The notes under the pieces were generated by a model. The model searched no databases. It had not been told where the DNA came from and saw nothing but the letters and a program-made list of their open reading frames with translations. 64,000 nucleotides of DNA, from positions 13,586-77,585 of the forward strand of contig JAPKZA010000237.1 of NCBI GenBank assembly GCA_026394015.1. The letters run 5' to 3'. The position numbers were made by a program, and so were the translations under genes. How positions within the stretch are numbered: position 1 is the stretch's first letter; every line of letters begins with the position of its first letter. Of the stretch, positions 1 to 7,255 are shown piece by piece. Origin of the DNA: Acidobacteriota bacterium (GTDB lineage: Bacteria > Acidobacteriota > Terriglobia > Bryobacterales > Bryobacteraceae).

Positions 1-1719
1 CCGCTGCCCCTTCGCATCGGTCTTCTGCAGGGTCGAACCGTCCGTATTATACGTGTAACTCATCGTCCCGCTCTCCGGATGCGTCACGGACAAAAGCCGT
101 CCTCCCGTATCATAACTAAAAGTCCGCGTCTGCGTCACCGTCCCCGAATTCGCCTTGTTCGGCCGCGGCATCGTCACCGTCGTCAACTTCCCAAACATCG
201 AGTACGCATACGTCGTCACGAAGTCAGCCCCCGTCCCCGGACCCGGAAACGGCTCCGTCACTTTCACCAAGTTCCCCAAAGAATCGTTCTCAAACTTCTT
301 CCATTTCCCCTTCGGATCAATCGTCTTCACCGTCGTCCCGCCATACTCATAGCTCGTGAAACCCGCATTCCCCGGAGGCGGAATCACCTTCACCGTCCTT
401 CCCAAAGCGTCGTATTCATAAACGGTTTTCTGGCTATCCACCGGAGTCACCCCCGGCCCCACCGGCAGCGAAACCTTCCAAACCTTCCCAATCGGCGAGC
501 AAGCGCAAGGCGTCGTATCCGTCACCACTTTACTAACCGCCGTCTCCGTCGAACCCACCTTGTAGCCACTAACAACCTCCATCGTCCGCCCAAACCCATC
601 GAACACCGTCTTAGTCCACCGGAGGTTAGGCGAAAGTCCCGTCGTCACCTTATGCCAACTCGCCCCCTGCGCCTGACCCAGCCCATACTCATGGTTGATC
701 ACCTGCCCACTCGGCAGCGTCCGCGACGTCTCCCGCTTCATCCCGTCCCAACCAAACGTCGAAGTCGCCCCATTCGGCCCCGTATTCTGCGTCAGATTCA
801 GCGCCCCGTCAAACGACGGAGAACTCGTCAACCCGCCCGCCGTCATCGCCGACGGCACCGCAAAGTTTTTCGCCGAGTCGGCCGTAATATCCACTTGGTG
901 GCCGTACCCGTCCAAGGCCTTATTCACGACCCCGCCCGTCGAATGGCTCATACACTGCTGTTGTCCGGTCGCCGACACCGTCCGAGTTACATTGCCCCGA
1001 ACATACATGGCGATCCCAAAGTTGGCCGAGTCATGAACCGTGGCATTGGGCATATCCGTCAACGAAGGAGCCGGATAAATGTTCTGATTCCCACATACCG
1101 CCTGGCCATATTGATCGTAGAAGTTCGTCACCACTTCCACAGCCGCCGTCCCCGGACGGCTGAGCCGCACGGTAGTGACCAGATTCCGAATGTGCCGAGC
1201 CAGGTAATTCGCGCCGGTCGCATAGAGGTACTCATACTGCCGAGCCACCGTCCCCACCGACCCGAACACCGATTCCGTCCGCACCGTCAGATTCCCGTTG
1301 TTATCGATCGTCTGCGCCGTCCGCCGAACTTTCGCATCCGCATGACCCGGGTCCAGACTTTCATCGACGGAGGATACATAAGGATTGCCATTGCCTGTTA
1401 GGGCCCAAACGATCGTTTTGTAGTTAACGTCGGCCCACGCTGGCACCATGCGCCGCTCGGCCAACGCGGTATTCAGCCCCATCGTCGCCGACCCCAGACC
1501 CATATCCCACCACCACGCCTTGTGAGCCGTATTCGTCGGGTCAAAGACGACGGACCATTCATGCACCGGTAACTGGGCGTTCGAACCCGGATAAAACGCC
1601 AGCGTGGAAGTCTTCGCGCCCTTGCCGTCATTGGCGTTGTAAGCCCGCGTCGCGACCTTGCGGAACTGCCGCCCGCCGGCCAGTGTCCCCACCCCATAAC
1701 TCCAGCTTAAAGACCCACC
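1..1719 (-). pseudogene. RHS/YD-repeat protein fragment; the 5' side is cut by the IS at 1720 and the 3' side runs off the window
   Basis: My own minus-strand translation, phased to position 1719, is open with no stop from 1749 down to 1. It contains YD-repeat units such as TFSYDTGGRLLSVTHPESGTMSYTYNTDGSTLQKTDAKGQR, TIDPKGKWKKFENDSLGNLVKVTEP and VYEYDALGRTVKVIPP. It is absent from the ORF track because it has no start or stop in the window. The + ORF 79..1401 is its Arg-rich antisense shadow. Confidence 0.75.
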
Positions 1720-1738
1720 GTAATTGATTAGCGGCCTT
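1720..1738. repeat. IS terminal inverted repeat (GTAATTGATTAGCGGCCTT)
   Basis: It is the exact reverse complement of 3156..3174 (19/19). The match stops at the next base on both sides. Confidence 0.85.
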
Positions 1739-3053
1739 CCGGCAGGGTTTCAACCGAGCTGATCTTGGAAGCAGAGAACAGCAATCGGAAGGCAGAGGTC
1801 ACGGAAGTGTTGCCGTTTTTGAGAGCGGTCTGGGCGAGGCTGGTAAAGGCGGCAAAGGCCGCCCGATTGTTGGTCGGTTCGACGAAAGGAGCTGATAGAC
1901 AGCGCAGTAACCGCCCGCAGTCATCTTGTTGGCCAAGCCCATTGAGCAGCCGTTGATTGTCCCGATCCTTCAAAACACGAGCCCGCAGATGGTAGCCCAA
2001 CATCTCTTTCAGTTCGTCCGCTTTCCCGGCGAATACTTCCGGCGCGAGACTGTCCCGCGCCCGCCACAGCTCCATCCCATCCTGCAACAAGAGTTTTGCG
2101 TAGACACCAAACTCCCGTGCCCGGCCCTGCTTGGTTTCCAATACCTCGGTGATGTTCCGTAGGATGTGCCCCAGGCATTTTTGCTGTTCGACCGCATCGA
2201 ACTCCCCGGCGTCGTAGCTCTTGCCTCGGTCCGTGATCATCACCCCACCATAGTCGCTGGGGATGATCTCCCGTACCTCTTGGTTCCGGTGCTGCGAGCG
2301 GATCTGGTAAACCGCCGCCCGGTCCGTCTCAAAGCCCATCAGAAAGGCCGTCTTCCCGCCGACTCGCCAGCCGGTGTCATCGGTGTGAACAAACGGCGCT
2401 CGTCGGACTCCTTCCCGCAGTTGTTGGTACTTGGCACCCACTTCCCGTGCTGCCCGCCGCAGAGCATCCTGAGCCAGCGCAGACTGCGTGATCTTTACCC
2501 CGGTCAGTTCTTTCAGCACCCCCGGAACCTTTCGTTGGGGCACCCCCACGCCATAGTGCAACGCGTGCGCCGCGGCCATCACCGACGGCCCAACCCGGTG
2601 GGCAGTCGCTCCATACTGGTCCGCCGCCAAGCCCGGTGCCGTTCCTCTCACCTTCTTGCCGCAGTCCCGGCAGTGGCAGACCGACACTCGATACTCCGTA
2701 ACCTCCGGTTGCGGCTGTTCCGGAACATCCGTCGTCGTCGCGAACTCTACGTCGTCTTCCTCCAGCGGACCGCCACAAAATGGGCAGCAAGGCGGAGGTT
2801 CGGCATCGACTTTCGTTTTGGGTTCCCCCGCCGGAGCCGTACGGCGTCCAAATGGGCCTTGCCCCTTCTTCCGGCCCGCCTTCTTCGGGTTCGGCACGGG
2901 TTTCTCTTTAGAAAACGGTGCCGCTTGGCGCCGCCCAGATCTCTTCAGCCGGGCAATCTCCTCACGCAACAGCTCCACCTGCCGCCGCAACTCAAGCACC
3001 AGCGCGATTAACTCTTCCCGGCTAAGCTCTTCGACTCGCGACTCGTTGGCCAC
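1728..3053 (-). CDS. IS66-family transposase (441 aa)
   Basis: The N-terminus is a leucine-zipper-like coiled coil (LSREELIALVLELRRQVELLREEIARLKR). A zinc-finger pair follows (CCPFCGG ... CHCRDCGKK). The DDE region reads HTDDTGWRV ... VMITDRGKSYD, and the C-terminus has TNN ... SLAQTALKNG. The segment after TNN looks shortened (see findings). Confidence 0.8.
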   Translation of the reverse strand: MANESRVEELSREELIALVLELRRQVELLREEIARLKRSGRRQAAPFSKEKPVPNPKKAGRKKGQGPFGRRTAPAGEPKTKVDAEPPPCCPFCGGPLEEDDVEFATTTDVPEQPQPEVTEYRVSVCHCRDCGKKVRGTAPGLAADQYGATAHRVGPSVMAAAHALHYGVGVPQRKVPGVLKELTGVKITQSALAQDALRRAAREVGAKYQQLREGVRRAPFVHTDDTGWRVGGKTAFLMGFETDRAAVYQIRSQHRNQEVREIIPSDYGGVMITDRGKSYDAGEFDAVEQQKCLGHILRNITEVLETKQGRAREFGVYAKLLLQDGMELWRARDSLAPEVFAGKADELKEMLGYHLRARVLKDRDNQRLLNGLGQQDDCGRLLRCLSAPFVEPTNNRAAFAAFTSLAQTALKNGNTSVTSAFRLLFSASKISSVETLPEGR

Positions 3054-3155
3054 TGTAGTTTCCTAGGGTCCGCCAACAGCAGACTACCAGAATACCTGAA
3101 ACATTTCCACTACTTTCTGTTTCAACACCACTGTCACCCTCGTCGCTTCTGCCCC

Positions 3156-3174
3156 AAGGCCGCTAATCAATTAC
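3156..3174. repeat. IS terminal inverted repeat (AAGGCCGCTAATCAATTAC)
   Basis: It is the exact reverse complement of 1720..1738. Confidence 0.85.
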
Positions 3175-3402
3175 ACCAACCAGAAGACCGCTCGCGGCTA
3201 CTGGTCGCAGGTGAATCTCGCGATCGCCAGCGCGGAGCCGGACCTCAGCGGGGTTGACCTCGCGAAGGGTTACGATTACAACGCGCTCATCTCCCGGACT
3301 CCGGACGCGGCGAAGGGGCTTGCTCTTTCCCCGTTGTTCAAGCAGGCTGACTTGTTTAACCCGGGCTTCCAAGGCCGGTTCTTACTCAAGTACATCTTCT
3401 AG
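3175..3402 (+). pseudogene. 3' remnant (last ~75 codons) of an outer-membrane beta-barrel / TonB-dependent-receptor-like gene
   Basis: The frame is open from the IS boundary to the stop at 3400-3402: TNQKTARGYWSQVNLAIASAEPDLSGVDLAKGYDYNALISRTPDAAKGLALSPLFKQADLFNPGFQGRFLLKYIF*. It has alternating beta-strand character and a terminal Phe, as in OMP C-termini. There is no upstream body because the IS abuts it. Confidence 0.45.
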
Positions 3403-3418
3403 GGCCGCCTCCTGGCGT

Positions 3419-4768
3419 TTAACGGCGCAGAATGACTTTCAACGAGTCCTCGTCCATCTGCGCCGAAGTTGGCCGCAAGCCAACCGCGTGGAACATACGA
3501 GCATACTCGTCGAGCGAGAAGATCTGCTCGTTCACGCCGTGCTCGAGAACCTCCACGATCTGGGGATGCGGCCGGTCGAACTCGTGGCCGGTGGGCTCGC
3601 ACATGACGGCTACGAATCCGCCCGGTTTGACCACGCGAACCGCCTCCCGCAGGACGCTCACCGGGTCGGCAAAGTGGTGCAACGCCGCAAACGTCGCAAC
3701 GAAGTCAAACGTCGCATCGGCAAACGGAAGGTGCAGCGCGTCGCAGCACGCGAAAATTACGTTGCTGTAGCCGCGCTTTTCGAAAACGACATCGGCCATC
3801 TGCATCGTTTGGGCGTCAATATCGATGTTCACCGTCAGGCAGCCAAGGTTGCACGTGGCCGGCGAAGAGGAACTGGCGATCTCCAGGCCGCGCCGGGCTC
3901 GAGCCAGGTTCACTGCTCGTTCCACAATTCGAATGCCGATCCTATGATCGGCGTCGTAGTCGGCGGGGAGCGGGCCGCGGATGGGGTCAAGCGCCTTGTA
4001 CGGTCGTTTGACCGTCGGTTGTACCGCGATCGGAAAGCGCTCGGGCGACGGCAGCACGCGACCGTCCGGATGGAGAAGGACGACGGCCAGTTCGAAGCTA
4101 CCGGGAGCCGTGGGCGCGAGGAGGCGGACCGGAAGGGTAATCTCGCGGCCGGGCAGGACGGTGACAGGAAGGGGCGTCGGAGCGGCTTCCTGACCCCCCA
4201 GGCGCAGCGCCAGGCTCCAACCTCCGCGGGCTCGACGGAGGAGCGGCTCCGAGCCCGTGTTGCGGATCCGGACGTTGTGGCTGGTGGCGGCCCCGCAAAC
4301 GAGCGCGGCCGGGACGTAGTGGCGGACGACGGAAAATGCGGCCACTCCGGAGCCCGGCTCCGCCAACGCCTCCACCGAAGGACGCGCCTCGCGGTTGATC
4401 GCCAACCGTTGCAGAAGGTAGTTGTTCTCGGCTTCGAGGAAGGAATCGGCGAATTGATACGTGCGGGCGAAGATGGCCGCGATCCGCCGCCGGGTGGACG
4501 CTTCGTCCTTGATGCCAAAAGCGGTGATGACCTGCGTCGTCTCAGCCTCCGTAAGCGGGGCCGCCGCCGGCGACGTCTTTACTTCGGGCAGCAGGATGGG
4601 CACGTTGGCCAGTATTGGATACGACTTTCCGCAGCCGCAGGTGTAAGCCTCGGGGCCCTTCCGCAAGACCGCCCGACAAGTAAGACAGCGAAACAGATTG
4701 CGCCGCCACCACTTGGAGCCGAGATTCTCCACGCCAAGGCGATCCAGCCACCGAACAACGTCAATCAC
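3419..4768 (-). CDS. Class I SAM-dependent methyltransferase with an N-terminal Trm112-like zinc ribbon and a central beta-sandwich-like region
   Basis: The 449-aa ORF starts at a GTG overlapping the upstream stop (GTGA). The zinc ribbon reads CLTCRAVL...CGCGKSYPILANVPILL. The C-terminus carries Methyltransf_11-type motifs (CCDALHLPFADATFDFVATFAALHHFADP, VVKPGGFVAVM). The Gly-rich SAM loop is atypical (LEIASSSSP). Confidence 0.75.
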   Translation of the reverse strand: MIDVVRWLDRLGVENLGSKWWRRNLFRCLTCRAVLRKGPEAYTCGCGKSYPILANVPILLPEVKTSPAAAPLTEAETTQVITAFGIKDEASTRRRIAAIFARTYQFADSFLEAENNYLLQRLAINREARPSVEALAEPGSGVAAFSVVRHYVPAALVCGAATSHNVRIRNTGSEPLLRRARGGWSLALRLGGQEAAPTPLPVTVLPGREITLPVRLLAPTAPGSFELAVVLLHPDGRVLPSPERFPIAVQPTVKRPYKALDPIRGPLPADYDADHRIGIRIVERAVNLARARRGLEIASSSSPATCNLGCLTVNIDIDAQTMQMADVVFEKRGYSNVIFACCDALHLPFADATFDFVATFAALHHFADPVSVLREAVRVVKPGGFVAVMCEPTGHEFDRPHPQIVEVLEHGVNEQIFSLDEYARMFHAVGLRPTSAQMDEDSLKVILRR

Positions 4769-5154
4769 CGCGATTCGCCCGTGATGTTTATGGCGACTTC
4801 GGTGATGAAGATGACCGGTGTCACGCTCCCGCTCCGCGCCCAGGTGGCCGTGATCTTCTCGAAGCTACCCAGGTTGGCCCGATCCCCCAGAATCCGATAG
4901 GCCTCGTCCGAGAGCCTCCCTGCAGTATCCCGCTTCTCTTCGATGGAGTCGCTCGCTAACCGGCGAAGCTCCCGGCTCATCTGGTCGCGTCGACGGGCGT
5001 CGGTTTCGTAGCGAATGTCGCCTTCGAGGTCGGACTCGCGACGGCTCTTAGACACCGCCCCCAACGAGACGTTGCCTTGGCGGTGGGCGGATTCCGACTG
5101 GGCGAGTAAACAAACTACGGTGAGAAGAGGAAGTACGAAGAATTTCGTTGACAT
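4765..5154 (-). CDS. Small secreted hypothetical protein (129 aa)
   Basis: I chose the start at MSTKFFVLPLLTVVCLLAQSESA because it is signal-peptide-like; the track ORF extends to 5313. It is translationally coupled to the methyltransferase. Confidence 0.55.
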   Translation of the reverse strand: MSTKFFVLPLLTVVCLLAQSESAHRQGNVSLGAVSKSRRESDLEGDIRYETDARRRDQMSRELRRLASDSIEEKRDTAGRLSDEAYRILGDRANLGSFEKITATWARSGSVTPVIFITEVAINITGESR

Positions 5155-5176
5155 TACGAATGGCTTCGTGTGTAAT
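5151..5176. promoter_or_regulatory. Imperfect dyad (ATTACGAA-TGGC-TTCGTGTGTAAT) between divergent starts; possible BlaI-family operator
   Basis: ATTAC at 5153-5157 pairs with GTAAT at 5172-5176, and CGAA pairs with TTCG inside them. It lies in the 28-bp gap between the divergent start codons at 5154 and 5183. BlaI/MecI/CopY operators are TACA/TGTA-type dyads. This is inference only. Confidence 0.3.
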
Positions 5177-5182
5177 CTTCTC

Positions 5183-5542
5183 ATGAAGGCAACGCCAGCG
5201 GAATGGGATATTTTGCAGGTCCTTTGGGAGAAGGGTCCCCGGACGGTTCGGGAGGTGCATGAGGCCCTTGGCGCGGGGGGGTACACGACCACGTTGAAGC
5301 TGATGCAGATCATGCTGACGAAGGGGCTACTGACCCGAGATGACGCCGCCCGGGCGCATGTTTTTATGGCGGCGTATCCGCGCGAGGCGATGCAGTTGAG
5401 CTACGTGGAAGAAATGTTGCCGCGGGTTTTTGGCGGTTCGGCCAGCGCGTTGTTGCAAGGGGCGCTGGCGGGTGGGAAGCCGACGATGGACGAGTTGGCG
5501 GCTATGCGGAAGATGCTGGACGAGTATGAGGAGGGCGCATGA
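5183..5542 (+). CDS. BlaI/MecI/CopY-family transcriptional repressor
   Basis: The winged-helix region reads MKATPAEWDILQVLWEKGPRTVREVHEAL...YTTTLKLMQIMLTKGLL. The stop overlaps the next gene (ATGA). I chose the start at 5183 rather than the track start at 5015. Confidence 0.85.
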   Translation: MKATPAEWDILQVLWEKGPRTVREVHEALGAGGYTTTLKLMQIMLTKGLLTRDDAARAHVFMAAYPREAMQLSYVEEMLPRVFGGSASALLQGALAGGKPTMDELAAMRKMLDEYEEGA

Positions 5543-6816
5543 TGGAGCGGATCGGAGAGGCGTTGCTCCACTCGCTCTGGATGGGAGCGCTCGTGGCCTT
5601 GGGCCTCTGGGTGTCGCTGGGCGTCCTGCGGAGTTCGCGGGCGCGGTACGGCGCGGCGATGGTGGCAATGGTGCTTTTCGTGTTGATGCCGCTGGCTGCG
5701 CTGCTTCCCTGGGAGCCGGCGACTCGCCAGCTGGCGGTTTCGCCGAACGGGGAACTGGCCTCGGCAGCGGGCGAACTACCGGGCTCCGATTGGAAGGCGA
5801 TTCTGCCGTTGCTTTGGGCGGTGGGGGCGCTGGGGTTTGCGGTACGGGCGCTCGGCGGCTGGGCAGTGGTGGAGCGGTTGCGGCGGCAGGGGACGCCGGT
5901 TGTGGATCCGGTGGTGCTGCAGGCCGTCGCCCGATGGGCGGAAGAACTCGGGGTCACCCGGCGCATTCAAGTGGTGATCACGGCGGTGGAATCTCCGGTG
6001 ACGGCGGGCTGGTGGCGGCCGGTCGTGATGCTGCCGATCTCGGCGCTAACCGGGCTCGGCCGGGCGGAACTGGAAGCTGTGTTGGCCCACGAACTGGCGC
6101 ACATCGCGCGGCACGATTACTTCGTGAATTGGCTGCAGATGGGGATGGAGGTGCTGTACTTCCACCACCCGGCGGCTTGGTGGATCTCGGCGGTGCTGCG
6201 GCGGGAACGCGAGCATTGCTGCGATGAAACGGCGGTCCGGCTGTCGAAGGACCGGACGAACTACGCCCGCGCCTTGGTGAAACTAGCGGAGCTGCAGGCG
6301 TGCGGCGCGCCGGCGCTGGCGGGGCGAAGCGGCGGCTTGGAGGAGAGACTCATGAAGATATTGGGAAGAGAGAAGCGGACGGCGTTTCCGGGCGTCGCGG
6401 CGATATTGACGGTGAGTGCGACGCTGCTGGTGGCCGTAGCCGTGGGCGCGCAAGAGAAGCCGACGGGCTGTGCATCCGAGCCCGCCGGCAAAGACTGGCT
6501 GGAGAACAAAGTCCAATGGATCATTCAACCGGCGGAGAAGGCGGCGTATGAACGGCTCTCGGCCCCGGCGGAGTGCGACCAGTTCGTCAAGCAGTTCTGG
6601 GAACGGCGCGGAGCGGCGGCGAAAGTGGAGCATGAGAGGCGGATGAAGTGGGGAGCGGAGCGGTATCCGAAGGTTCCGGATGCGCGGCGGGTGTACGTCG
6701 TCTATGGCCCGCCGGATGAGATCGAGTCGTACCCGGTCGAAGGATTTGACAAGTGGCGCTACCACGACCTACCGGGCCTGGGGAAGAACTTCGATTTTAC
6801 CTTCCGAACCAAGTAA
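5539..6816 (+). CDS. BlaR1-like M56 peptidase (signal transducer) fused to a GWxTD-like C-terminal domain
   Basis: It has N-terminal TM helices and the HEXXH motif HELAHIARHD. The C-terminus reads WIIQPAEKAAYERLSAPAECDQFVKQFWERR ... RRVYVVYGPPDEIES, which resembles the GWxTD domain. I see no penicillin-binding SxxK sensor. Confidence 0.8.
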   Translation: MMERIGEALLHSLWMGALVALGLWVSLGVLRSSRARYGAAMVAMVLFVLMPLAALLPWEPATRQLAVSPNGELASAAGELPGSDWKAILPLLWAVGALGFAVRALGGWAVVERLRRQGTPVVDPVVLQAVARWAEELGVTRRIQVVITAVESPVTAGWWRPVVMLPISALTGLGRAELEAVLAHELAHIARHDYFVNWLQMGMEVLYFHHPAAWWISAVLRREREHCCDETAVRLSKDRTNYARALVKLAELQACGAPALAGRSGGLEERLMKILGREKRTAFPGVAAILTVSATLLVAVAVGAQEKPTGCASEPAGKDWLENKVQWIIQPAEKAAYERLSAPAECDQFVKQFWERRGAAAKVEHERRMKWGAERYPKVPDARRVYVVYGPPDEIESYPVEGFDKWRYHDLPGLGKNFDFTFRTK

Positions 6817-6835
6817 CCATAGCTATACTGGCGCT

Positions 6836-7255
6836 ATGCCCGAACAAAGTGCCAAAAGCCATACGAAGTGGGATCCGTGGTTCCACTTCATCCTCGCCCC
6901 GATCTTACTCGCCAATTTCTTCATCGCCGCCAAGCACATGTGGAGCTACCCGGCCTACACGACAGTAGTCGCGGTGGTCCTGGCGGCAGCACTGGTGGCG
7001 ATGCTGTTTCGGATCCGCATCTATGCGCTGAAAGTGCAGGATCGTTTGATTCGGCTGGAAGAACGGCTGCGGCTGCAGGGTCAACTGCCGGTCGAACAGA
7101 TCGCGGCGCTAACCGAAAGCCAATTTGTCGCCTTGCGCTTCGCCTCCGACGCCGAAGTGGCCGGGTTGGCGGCGAAGGCCGTCGCCGGAAAATGGGACCA
7201 GAAACAGATCAAGGCCGCCATTCAAGTCTGGCGGCCCGATCACTTTCGCGTCTAA
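6836..7255 (+). CDS. Small membrane protein, conserved hypothetical (139 aa)
   Basis: Start at MPEQSAKSHTKWDPWFHFILAPILLANFFIAA. It has two predicted TM helices followed by an amphipathic tail. Confidence 0.6.
   Translation: MPEQSAKSHTKWDPWFHFILAPILLANFFIAAKHMWSYPAYTTVVAVVLAAALVAMLFRIRIYALKVQDRLIRLEERLRLQGQLPVEQIAALTESQFVALRFASDAEVAGLAAKAVAGKWDQKQIKAAIQVWRPDHFRV

Larger units (their letters stand above)
1720..3174 (-). mobile_element. IS66-family insertion sequence, single-ORF (ISBst12-like) type, 1455 bp
   Basis: Perfect 19-bp terminal inverted repeats begin with GTAA, as in IS66-family ends, and enclose one transposase ORF. The transposase stop codon lies inside the left IR. Confidence 0.8.

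Noticed and set aside
79-1401. 440-aa + strand ORF, the longest ORF listed at the left end
   Set aside because: Its composition is extremely Arg/Pro/His-rich and not protein-like. It is the antisense shadow of the minus-strand RHS/YD-repeat frame, which shows clear repeat motifs.
1712-3182. An 8-bp target-site duplication flanking the IS
   Set aside because: The flanks GACCCACC and ACCAACCA do not match, and shifting the IS ends by a few bases does not create a duplication. The absence is reported as a finding instead.
3254-4900. 548-aa + strand ORF
   Set aside because: It is an Arg/Gly-rich shadow of the minus-strand methyltransferase gene, and it crosses two real gene boundaries.
5430-6227. 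265-aa Gly/Ala/Arg-rich + ORF
   Set aside because: It is an alternative frame of the BlaI/BlaR1 genes and has no motifs. The BlaR1 frame carries HEXXH and TM helices.
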